A DNA stretch of 64,000 bases from an uncultured beta proteobacterium (GTDB lineage: Bacteria > Pseudomonadota > Gammaproteobacteria > Burkholderiales > SG8-39), in assembly GCA_963735025.1 (NCBI GenBank), contig CAVTJG010000020.1, positions 64,502-128,501 on the forward strand, given 5' to 3'. Below are positions 50,088-58,362 of this stretch, in pieces. The notes beneath the pieces are model-generated. The model was not told the DNA's origin, searched no databases, and saw only the letters and a program-made list of their open reading frames with translations. A program made the translations under genes and the position numbers. Position 1 is the stretch's first letter; every line of letters begins with the position of its first letter.

Positions 50088-51467
50088 GTCGCCCGTCCGC
50101 GATCAGCTCTTGGCGGCGCTGAGGCCGCCCGGACCGGGCACCTGGCGCGCCTTCGCATCGCCGCTGCCTCCTTCAATGCCATCTGCGTCACCACCGCCAT
50201 GTACGCGACCAGCAGCACCGCATAGACGAAGGCGTAGCCGGCGAGCGTCAGAGCGCGATGTGGCCGGCGGGTACGTCGGACGGCAGCTCGGCGACGTGAG
50301 CAGTTGTAGACCAGAAGGGCTGCCGCCCGACCTCGGTCACGATCCAGCCGGCCAGCACCCCCACCCAGCCGATGAAGGTGGAGCCGGCGAAGCGTAGAGC
50401 GTCCAGCGCGGCACTCGCCGCCGCGCCAGAGGCAGCCAGGCGCCCAGCCAGGACAGCGCGAGCATCAGCACGCCGACCCCACCATGACCCGGAACGCGTA
50501 GAAGACCGGCAGCCACCGGCGGGTGCTTGCCCGCGAACTCGTTCAGTCCCAGCAACTCGGCCTCGGCATCGTGCGTCAGGATCAGGCTGGCGCCCTTCGG
50601 GATGGCGATGGCGTAGTCGTTGCGCTGCTCGGTGGCGTTCGGCACGCGAAGAGCAGCAGCGGGACGCCCCGCTCCGTGTGCCAGATGGCTTCCACCGCGG
50701 CGATCTTGGCCGGCTGATGCTCGAGCGTGTTGAGCCCGTGCATGTCGCCAACCGCATGATCTGCACCGGTGCGAGCACCGCCGCCAGCTGCCACGCCATG
50801 CGCAGCATGCGGCGCGCCGGCGCGAGATGCCGCGGTTGCGCAGCAGCTGGAACGCGGAGATGCCGGCGAGCAGGAACGCCACCGTAAGGCCCGAGGCGAT
50901 CAGCATGTGCGCCAGCCGGTAGGGCTGGCTGGGATTGAAGATGATGGCCCACCAGTCATCGCGTGGAACGCCGTCCACGATGGTGAAGCCTTGCGGGGTC
51001 TGCATCCACGAGTTGAGCGACGAGGATCCAGAACGCCGAGAGCGGTCGTGCCGGCAGGCGACCAAGAAGGGCCGAGAGCAGGTGCGCCCAGCCGGGCACC
51101 CGGTCGCGGCCGTAGAGCATCACGCCCAGAAAAGTCGCTTCGAGGAAGAAGGCGGTGAGCACCTCGTAGGCGAGCAGCGGCCCGGCGACGTTGCCGGCCC
51201 GGTCCATGAAGCCGGGCCAGTTGGTGCCGAACTGGAAGCTCATCACGATGCCGGTCACCACGCCCAGCGCGAAGGTAAGCGCGAAGATCTTCACCCACAG
51301 GTAGTAGACTTCCGCAGAGCCAGCGGCTGCGTCGCCGGCGAAAGTGATGCGCACGCGCAGGTAGAACAGCACCCAGGCGAGCCGATCGTGATGGTCGGGA
51401 ACAGGATGTGGAAACCGATGTTGAGCCCGAACTGGATGCGGGCGAGCAGGACGGGATCGGCGAGCAT
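50084..51467 (-). pseudogene. cydA: cytochrome bd oxidase subunit I, multiple frame changes as sequenced
   Basis: An ATG at 51467 gives MLADPVLLARIQFGLNIGFHILFPTITIG. The sequence continues as LAWVLFYLRVR...FALGVVTGIVMSFQFGTNWPGF...AYEVLTAFFLEATFLGVMLYG / NSWMQTPQGF... / GRQPFW in other frames. The stop overlaps the cydB ATG (ATGA). Confidence 0.8.
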
Positions 51468-51594
51468 GGGCGGTCTTTGGCGGGTTGGCGATCGAAGCGG
51501 CGGTCAGCGACGGCGCACCGGCAGTGGGCGGACGCTGCACGGCATTCGTGCGACAGCGTTCGCGCAACGCTTTGCGGGGATGGGTGGTACACGC

Positions 51595-51608
51595 GCACGC
51601 CGTGTGCC
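51595..51608 (-). promoter_or_regulatory. weak sigma-54-like site upstream of cydA
   Basis: The reverse strand reads GGCACACGGCGTGC (GG-N10-GC, with -12 GTGC), about 128 nt before the cydA ATG. Confidence 0.25.
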
Positions 51609-51798
51609 CGCCACTGGTGCTTCGGTTTCACTAGCCCGGCACGACTGACCGACGGCCGGGGCCGGTAATCCCTACACGCGCCGGTAACGCCTACTGGCCC
51701 GCATTCGACGCGGCATGCATGGCGCGGGCCGCGTCCTGCTCGATCTGCGCACCTTTCCGTACGCAAATACATGCGCGTTCAGCACGAATCCGGCAGCG

Positions 51799-51812
51799 GG
51801 CACGCCGATTGC
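51799..51812 (+). promoter_or_regulatory. sigma-54 promoter candidate for sodB
   Basis: GGCACGCCGATTGC lies on the coding strand, 71 nt upstream of the sodB ATG. Confidence 0.65.
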
Positions 51813-51883
51813 CCGCGCGGGAGTGAGGGAGTGATACCACGTTCGCCGTCGCATGGTTTCAACCTGATCTAGGGAGCTATCGC

Positions 51884-52531
51884 ATGTATTCGACGACCAA
51901 GAAAGAAGCTGTCAACGAAAGCGTTTTCGAGCTCGCACCCCTTCCGTTCGCCGAAGATGCTCTCGAACCGATTATCTCGAAACGGACCGTCCAGCTACAC
52001 CACGGCAAGCATCATCGCAAATATGTCGATACGCTGAACGAACTGGTCAAAGGGACCGAGTTCGAGACTCTTGCGCTCGACGACGTGGTCGCGCGCGCCG
52101 CGAACAACCCGGCCCACCAGTCGATCTTCAACAATGCCGGCCAGAACTGGAATCACCACTTCTACTGGCGCAGCCTCGCGCCCGGCGGCGCGCGTCCCAC
52201 GGGCAAGCTGCTCGAGCGCCTCGATCGTGATCTCGGCGGATACGAGGCATTCGTCGAAGCCATGACCAAGTCGGCGACCGGCCAGTTCGGCAGCGGCTGG
52301 GCATGGCTTGCGCTCGACCGCGGCAAGCTGAAGGTGCTATCGACTGCCAATGCCGACACGCCGATCGCGCACGACGTGGCCCCGCTCCTCGCACTGGACG
52401 TCTGGGAGCACGCGTACTACCTCGACTATCAGAATCGCCGCGAAGAGCACGTCAAGAAGGTGATCGACCGCCTCCTGAACTGGGAATTCGCCGACATGAA
52501 CCTGACCGAGGCCGGCTCGCGATCGAGGTGA
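51884..52531 (+). CDS. sodB: Fe/Mn superoxide dismutase
   Basis: ORF 51884..52531. Motifs LHHGKHH, FNNAGQNWNHHFYW and DVWEHAYYLDYQNRR. Confidence 0.95.
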   Translation: MYSTTKKEAVNESVFELAPLPFAEDALEPIISKRTVQLHHGKHHRKYVDTLNELVKGTEFETLALDDVVARAANNPAHQSIFNNAGQNWNHHFYWRSLAPGGARPTGKLLERLDRDLGGYEAFVEAMTKSATGQFGSGWAWLALDRGKLKVLSTANADTPIAHDVAPLLALDVWEHAYYLDYQNRREEHVKKVIDRLLNWEFADMNLTEAGSRSR

Positions 52532-52540
52532 TGATCGACA

Positions 52541-53068
52541 TCATTGCTTCTTCTTCGGCGCTGCGTTCGCCTCCACACCCTTGCCGGTAAGCTGCTCGCT
52601 TTTCGCGCTCAGCCATTGATAGAGTCCGAGTACGAGGACCATCGCGACCACCGCAAACAGCAGGAATCCGGCGTAGAGCACATTCACGGTGACGCTTTCC
52701 TTGGCAGCGCCGAAGATGAGCACCACGGCCTCCAGGCTTACGGCGATTGAGATGATGGTCAGGAACTTGGTGAGGGTGCCGCGTGCCTCTGCCGCCGCGC
52801 GGAGCTCGCGCGAGCGCAGCACTTCCTCGTCGAAGAGATATTTTGACACATCGATCACCGCCAACGCGAGCACGGTCAGCCCAATGGCGTTCAGCATGGC
52901 GCGCATCGGGTCCCCTTCCGACTGGATTTCGCTCCACACGTTCCAGAGGCTGTAACCTATGACGCCGATCGCGATGCACAGGAGGGTGACCGCGATGATG
53001 AAGTACAGGGCCTTGCCGAAGAGGGTGGTCGCCCCGACGAGGCGGTCTGGAGCGTCAGGCTTGGCCAT
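52541..53068 (-). CDS. hypothetical 4-TM membrane protein
   Basis: ORF 52541..53068 with four hydrophobic segments and a Lys-rich tail. I have no confident family call. Confidence 0.55.
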   Translation of the reverse strand: MAKPDAPDRLVGATTLFGKALYFIIAVTLLCIAIGVIGYSLWNVWSEIQSEGDPMRAMLNAIGLTVLALAVIDVSKYLFDEEVLRSRELRAAAEARGTLTKFLTIISIAVSLEAVVLIFGAAKESVTVNVLYAGFLLFAVVAMVLVLGLYQWLSAKSEQLTGKGVEANAAPKKKQ

Positions 53069-53214
53069 GGAAAAGTTCTCCCGCCACGTCGAGGGATCGG
53101 CGCAGCCTTAGAGACGCGGCCGACCCGACCGGGGGTCTCGGACCGGGACGCGACAAAGATCGGCGAGGCGCAACCTGCGCCCCGCCGGTGCAAGGGAAAG
53201 ACAGACCGATCCGC

Positions 53215-54132
53215 TTATCCGCCTTGCCTGCGCGGCGTCGCGACATCAGCCTGCGAGTTGAGGCGATCCGGCGCGACATTGAGCTTCGCCAGAGTCTGCG
53301 GATTGAGCCAGCCAGTCATCTCCAGGCCCTCTTGCTGCTGGAACTTGTAGACCGCTGCTTTCGTCTGTGGACCCCAAGTGCCGTCTATGCTGCCGACGTC
53401 GAACCCCCTCTCGTGCAATGCCTGCTGCGCCGCTCGAATCGTCCGCGGATTGTCGCGGACGTATTCGGGCCGCTGCTCGCTTTCAGGCCGCACAGCATTC
53501 CGGGACTGCATTCCGGAGTTTCCATGCAACTGCACCTGGAGCTTCGCCAGCGTGTCCGGCTCCAGCCGGCCGCTCGCAAACAGGCCCTCGCGCTCCTGGA
53601 AATCGATCAATGCGGCTCTGCTCTTCGGACCCCATATGCCGTCCACGCCACCGACGTCGAACCCCTGGTCTTGCAGGGCCTGCTGTGCCGCGCGCACGGT
53701 ATCCGGATCGTAACGATCGTACGTCATGGACGCACTGCGGGACGCTTCCGTGGTCCGGGAGTGCATGGCGCCGGCGGATTCCTCTGTGGTCCGAGACTGC
53801 ATATGCTGGTCGCTCTGCCTGACCTCGAGCTTCGCCAGGGTCGCCGGCTCGAGCCGGCCGCTGGCAAACAGCCCTTCGCGTTCCTGGAATCTTTGCAGTG
53901 CCGCACGTGTCTGGGGACCCCAGACTCCGTCGATTTCGCCTTCGTACAGGCCCCGCTGCTGGAGTGCCTGTTGCGCTTCGCGCATCGTGCTCGAGTCATA
54001 CGTCGAATAAGCACTTTGGGATTTCTGTTTCTGGGATTCCTGTTTCATGCTCTGCGACGGATCGGCTGCGAGAGCCGGTCCCACGAGTGCAACTGCGGTG
54101 GTCGTCGCCAGGGCGATTTGCTTCAATTTCAT
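53215..54132 (-). CDS. secreted protein with three peptidoglycan-binding (PG_binding_1-like) repeats
   Basis: Internal Met (MKLKQIALATTTAVALVGPALA) of ORF 53215..54723. The module AQQALQ..G...G..DG.WGP..RAAL..FQ..EGL..SG.L...TLAKL occurs three times. Confidence 0.8.
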   Translation of the reverse strand: MKLKQIALATTTAVALVGPALAADPSQSMKQESQKQKSQSAYSTYDSSTMREAQQALQQRGLYEGEIDGVWGPQTRAALQRFQEREGLFASGRLEPATLAKLEVRQSDQHMQSRTTEESAGAMHSRTTEASRSASMTYDRYDPDTVRAAQQALQDQGFDVGGVDGIWGPKSRAALIDFQEREGLFASGRLEPDTLAKLQVQLHGNSGMQSRNAVRPESEQRPEYVRDNPRTIRAAQQALHERGFDVGSIDGTWGPQTKAAVYKFQQQEGLEMTGWLNPQTLAKLNVAPDRLNSQADVATPRRQGG

Positions 54133-54242
54133 ACGCGTCTCCGTAGTGTGGTTTTGAAAAAAGCATCCTTCGGTGTCGCTCTTCGGCGACACCCGGGCCG
54201 GCTCGCCGAAGCGAGTCGTTGGCGCCCAGTCCCTATGAAGAA

Positions 54243-54256
54243 GCACCTGGCATGCC
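54243..54256 (-). promoter_or_regulatory. weaker sigma-54-like site upstream of the PG-binding gene
   Basis: The reverse strand reads GGCATGCCAGGTGC (-12 GTGC), about 110 nt before the ATG at 54132. Confidence 0.3.
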
Positions 54257-54314
54257 TGCGAACGCCACTTGCAGGCCGGCGATTCGCGCGTCCGAGAGCG
54301 AGCGGTACTTGTCC

Positions 54315-54647
54315 TCAGCCCGCGTTGCCGTGAGTTTCCTTCCACCGCTTGAGCTGGCGCTCCATAGCGTTGAAGGCGTCGCGCACTGCGACGTGCAGGT
54401 CGCAATGTGCATTCATGTCGCCGGGCCTGTTGCTCACACCAAGCTCGGTTCCCGGAACCCTCACCTCGACCCGGACTTCGTACGGATTTCCCTTGTGCTG
54501 GCTCTGATGCGGCGCGGCCACGAAGACGCGGCAGGTCGTGATCCCCGCGTAGAGGCGCTCGAGCTTGTCGATGCGTCCCCGGATGTCCGCCTCGGCCGCC
54601 GGAGATCGGTCGGTATCGACGAACGATATCTCCACGGTCGCGGGCAT
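54315..54647 (-). CDS. HPF/RaiA-family ribosome-associated (hibernation) protein, short form
   Basis: ORF 54315..54647. From memory, the overall pattern (ISFVDTDRSPAAEADIRGRIDKLERLY...YEVRVEVRVPG...AVRDAFNAMERQLKRWKE) fits the family. It lies 3 nt downstream of the PRC-barrel gene. Confidence 0.7.
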   Translation of the reverse strand: MPATVEISFVDTDRSPAAEADIRGRIDKLERLYAGITTCRVFVAAPHQSQHKGNPYEVRVEVRVPGTELGVSNRPGDMNAHCDLHVAVRDAFNAMERQLKRWKETHGNAG

Positions 54648-54650
54648 CCT

Positions 54651-55352
54651 TCAACCGCCGTACTCGGGGCTCTTCTTGACCGTGTCCCGGCTGAGACGAA
54701 GATGCACACTGTGGCTTGGCCAATCGACGTGCTCGATCTGGCTCGGCGCGACCAGCACGGTCTTGCCGGGCAGCCAGTTGCGCGTGTCGACGAGGAGATA
54801 GCGGATCGCCCAGCTTTCCAGGTCGATCAATAGGTCGACCACATGACCGATCGAACCGTCAGTCACCTCGATCCCATACCCGCTTACCTCGACGCTCGAA
54901 CGCAGATGCGTGTGGCCGACTTCGCCGGCCTCCAATTTCCGCGTCGCGGGACTCGTCGCCTCGGGCGCTCGCATCGCGGGTGCGGCGCCGGCGAGCGGCA
55001 CCGCGCCGGGACCCCAGAGGTACGGCCCCATCCAGTAGTAGGGATAGCCGAAGTGCTCGGCGAGCGCGGTCTCGTACTGGCGCGACACGGGGCGGTCGGT
55101 CTCGACGCCAGGACTTTCTTCGACCTGCTTGCGCGTGAGCTTCGCGGCGATGGCGTCGTCGGGCGATTGCGTGGCATCGAGCGACGCGGGCGAAATCAGA
55201 ACGTCCCGCCCGCTTAGCCAGCCGCCCGTGGCGACTACCAGATAGCGCACCGCCCAGCGTTCATCGTCGAAATAGAGATCGCGAACCTTGCCGATCTCGC
55301 CGTCGGTCGCGCGCAGCGTCCGGCCGATGATGGCCTCGCCTCGCTTGTCCAT
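54651..55352 (-). CDS. tandem PRC-barrel domain protein
   Basis: Internal Met (MDKRGEAIIG) of ORF 54651..55733. Two PRC-like modules: TDGEIGKVRDLYFDDERWAVRYLVV and TDGSIGHVVDLLIDLESWAIRYLLV. Confidence 0.8.
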   Translation of the reverse strand: MDKRGEAIIGRTLRATDGEIGKVRDLYFDDERWAVRYLVVATGGWLSGRDVLISPASLDATQSPDDAIAAKLTRKQVEESPGVETDRPVSRQYETALAEHFGYPYYWMGPYLWGPGAVPLAGAAPAMRAPEATSPATRKLEAGEVGHTHLRSSVEVSGYGIEVTDGSIGHVVDLLIDLESWAIRYLLVDTRNWLPGKTVLVAPSQIEHVDWPSHSVHLRLSRDTVKKSPEYGG

Positions 55353-55428
55353 CCGGGCCTCCTTTCCGATGCTGATCACCCGCCGCTCGGCAATGCGCGG
55401 GCGCTTTGCCTTGACGGACGATGAGGCC

Positions 55429-55442
55429 GCAAGCGACGTGCC
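55429..55442 (-). promoter_or_regulatory. sigma-54 promoter candidate for the PRC-barrel/HPF operon
   Basis: The reverse strand reads GGCACGTCGCTTGC, 76 nt before the ATG at 55352. Confidence 0.65.
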
Positions 55443-55535
55443 CGGGGAAAGCGTCGAGGGTAAGGCTTGCCGAACGGTCGGTAACCCTTGCCGGCAAAGC
55501 GCCTCTGGCGCCGGCCCGGCACGTTCCCTATCTCG

Positions 55536-55549
55536 GGCACGAGCAATGC
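55536..55549 (+). promoter_or_regulatory. sigma-54-like promoter (one mismatch) for the Cys-rich four-helix gene
   Basis: GGCACGAGCAATGC (-12 ATGC) lies 35 nt upstream of the ATG at 55585. It is divergent from the site at 55429..55442. Confidence 0.45.
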
Positions 55550-55584
55550 GCACTCGCGCCAAGGCAACTGCGGAGTCTCGATCG

Positions 55585-55953
55585 ATGGTCCCAATGGACT
55601 TGATCACCCCCGACATGGAGCGTTGCGCCGCCGCGTGCGCCGAATGCCACAGCGCCTGTTTGCGCGCGGCGACGAGCGGCAATCTAGGTGCCGGTGACTT
55701 CGGACTCGCTTCCGAGCATTTCCGTCTCCTCATGGATTGCGCCGACCTGTGCGCGACGACCGGTGACTTTCTGCTCCGCGGCTCGGCGTTCCATGAACGC
55801 GTATGCGGCGCCTGCGCAGAGGTCTGCGCTGCATGTGCTCAGAGTTGCTCGCAGTTTGAAGGCCGCGACGCGCAGGACGTCATGCGCAGGTGTCGCGAAG
55901 CGTGCGACCTCTGCGCGAAACGGTGCCGCGCGGCAGCCGGCGCGATTCGCTGA
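55585..55953 (+). CDS. Cys-rich four-helix-bundle (DUF326-like, copper-binding type) protein
   Basis: Tail of ORF 55288..55953. Repeated C-x3-C-x3-C type motifs: CAAACAECHSAC, CADLCATT, CGACAEVCAACAQSC, CREACDLCAKRC. The start could be 55585, 55594 or 55615. Confidence 0.7.
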   Translation: MVPMDLITPDMERCAAACAECHSACLRAATSGNLGAGDFGLASEHFRLLMDCADLCATTGDFLLRGSAFHERVCGACAEVCAACAQSCSQFEGRDAQDVMRRCREACDLCAKRCRAAAGAIR

Positions 55954-55972
55954 TCAACGCGGGTGAATGCGG

Positions 55973-56314
55973 TCAACCCCTCTGACGAGGCTTCTCGCCC
56001 GGATGCCGAGGCTGATCCTGCTCTGGAGCTGGTGGACAAGCGGTGTCCCATCCGTGCGGATTTCGGCAGTCGGTGTCCTCCAGCCCGCGCTCGACGTCGT
56101 CTTTCGCCTGCTCAACGACCTCGCGCTGCGGCGCGCTGCGCTTACCCCGTTTCGCGAGCTCGGTCGGCGATTCGTCGCGCTCGTGTGGCAGCTTCACGCG
56201 CTCAGCCCCGATTGCTGGATCCTGCCCTGCGGCCCCGCCCGCTTCCGGATTCGGGCGTAGTACGCGATCGGGCCTCGTGCCCCGCGACGGCCGTTTGCGT
56301 GGATGCCTCCCCAT
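55973..56314 (-). CDS. small hypothetical protein with KLPHERDES motif
   Basis: ORF 55973..56314. The KLPHERDES...VVEQAKDDVERGLEDTD pattern recalls small conserved betaproteobacterial proteins. The true start may be the GTG at 56197. Confidence 0.45.
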   Translation of the reverse strand: MGRHPRKRPSRGTRPDRVLRPNPEAGGAAGQDPAIGAERVKLPHERDESPTELAKRGKRSAPQREVVEQAKDDVERGLEDTDCRNPHGWDTACPPAPEQDQPRHPGEKPRQRG

Positions 56315-56327
56315 GGGGTGGAGAGGT

Positions 56328-56341
56328 GCAAATGGCGTGCC
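56328..56341 (-). promoter_or_regulatory. sigma-54 promoter candidate for the KLPHERDES gene
   Basis: The reverse strand reads GGCACGCCATTTGC. The -12 C lies only 13 nt before the ATG at 56314. Confidence 0.55.
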
Positions 56342-56359
56342 CGTGCAGGGGCGCGGTCG

Positions 56360-58192
56360 CTACCGAAGGGTCATGGCATACGCGAGCGAGACTCCGCTCG
56401 TGATCAGTCCGACATGGCTGAGCGCTTGAGGGAAATTGCCGAGAAACGCGCCGTTCACGGGGTCGATCTGCTCGGGCAGAAGCCCGAGAGGATTGGCGCG
56501 CGCGCACACTGCTTCGTACATTTCGAGCGCGTCGTCGATCCGCCCCTGCAGCGCAAGGTTGTCCACCAGCCAGAAGCTGCAGAGCAGGAACGCGCCCTCT
56601 TGGTCCGGCAGCCCGTCCGGCAATTCGTGCCGCAGGTAGCGGTAGACTAACCCGTTTGCCGGCGACAGCCGCTCGGTAATCGCTGCAGTGGTCGCCTTCA
56701 TGCGCGGATGATCTGCAGGAATTAGGCGGCGCAGCGGCAGGGCGAGCACGCTCGCGTCGAGCGCATCGCCGCCCAGGTGCGCGGCGAACGCCCCGAGCCG
56801 TTCGTTCCATGCTCCCTCGACAATCGTATCGCGCATGCGCGCCGCGTCCGCGCGCCAGTCCGCGACGTCCCCGGTAAGCCCCAGTGCCTCGGCGACACGC
56901 GCGCCGCGGTCCACCGCGACCTGACACATTGCAGCGGAGTAGGTGAACGGTCGCGCCACTGAGCGTACCTCCCAGATGCCCTGGTCGGGCGCATCCCATG
57001 CGTCGCGCGCCATCTACGCGAGCGGCCGCAGGCGCGCCCATAGCGGGTCGTCGATCGTGCCGCCACGCCTGGCCCACAGATACGCACAGTCGAGAATCTC
57101 GCCGAAGATGTCGTGCTGGCGCTGCGCGGCCGCGGCATTTCCCCAGCGCACCGGCGCCGAGCGGCGGTAGCCTTCCAACCTCTCGTCCACGCGCTCGGCA
57201 GGTGCTTCCAGGCCGTCGAGCGTGTACAGGACGCGGGGATGCCCACCGCGCTCGACGACGTCGAGCACCCAGGCGAGGAAACCCGCCGATTCGTGATTGA
57301 GGCCGATGCGACTCATTGCGTAGACGCTGAACGCCGCGTCACGAACCCAGGCATAGCGATAGTCCCAGTTGCGCACGCCTCCGATCGTCTCGGGCAAGGA
57401 GGAGGTCGGCGCCGCAACCATGGCCCCGTTCTCGAAGTGATCAAGCAGTTTCAAGGTGATGGCCGATCTTCGCACCAGCGAAACGTGCGGGCCCTCGTAC
57501 TGGATGTTCGACTGCCAGCGCTCCCAAGCCTCGACCGTCGCTCGATAGATCGCCTCCGGGTCCACGCCCTGCGCCCGGCGCCCCGCGGTGTGCCAGCGGA
57601 GCACAAGATGGTTCCGGTCGCCGCGCGCCAGGGCGATGCTAGTTCGCGGCCCCTCAATTGGGAAATCTGTGTCGAGCTGCAGTCCGAAGTCGGAGCGTGC
57701 GGAACACCGGATGGACAGGCCGTCGCCGCGCCGCTCGGTCGCGGCGCCGCCCCATGGCTCGAGCTCGACGCGCAAACGCACGCGCCCCTCCACAACCTCG
57801 ATCATGCGCAGCAGCTCGCCCCGTGCCGCCTTGACGTCCTCGGTCAGGTCCGCGCCCGACTGGAGCGTCATCATGTCGGTGATGCGCGCGATGCCGCCGT
57901 GCGCGTCGGCAAGTTCGGTGACCAGTACGCCGGTGTCGCCCAGATAGCGCTGGCGGGACGCGGTGAGCCCCTCCGGCGCAATCGTAAAACCGCCGCCGCG
58001 CGTGCGATCGAGGAGCCCGGCGAAGATCGGCGGATCATCGAACTGGGGCGCGCACAGCCACGAGACCGTGCCATCGCGCCCGACGAGCGCTGCCGTCTCG
58101 CCATCGCCGATCAAGCCATGATCTGCGATCGGAAGATAGCCATCCTGGTATGCGAGCGGCGCGAAATCGTCTGTCATCCGGATACAGTGCAA
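56360..58192 (-). pseudogene. GH15-family glycoside hydrolase (glucoamylase/trehalase-like) interrupted by an in-frame TAG
   Basis: ORFs 57014..58192 and 56360..57013 are in the same frame and abut: ...DPLWARLRPLA-TAG-MARDAWDAPDQGIWEVR... Together they form one GH15-like protein of about 610 aa. Confidence 0.8.
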
Positions 58193-58216
58193 TTGGCGTT
58201 CCCATCGGCTAGGGCG

Positions 58217-58230
58217 GGCATGTCAGTTGC
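58217..58230 (+). promoter_or_regulatory. sigma-54 promoter candidate for the CPA2 antiporter gene
   Basis: GGCATGTCAGTTGC lies on the coding strand, 132 nt upstream of the ATG at 58363. Confidence 0.55.
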
Positions 58231-58362
58231 CTACTTCCGGACGCGTCTCAATTCAAATGGATACCCATGGCGCTCGGTACCGCCAATTTCGTCAAACACG
58301 ATTTCAATGTTTGCGACATCGCGCTCGGCAGGCAGGCGTTCTAAGCTTCACGCTGATCACGC

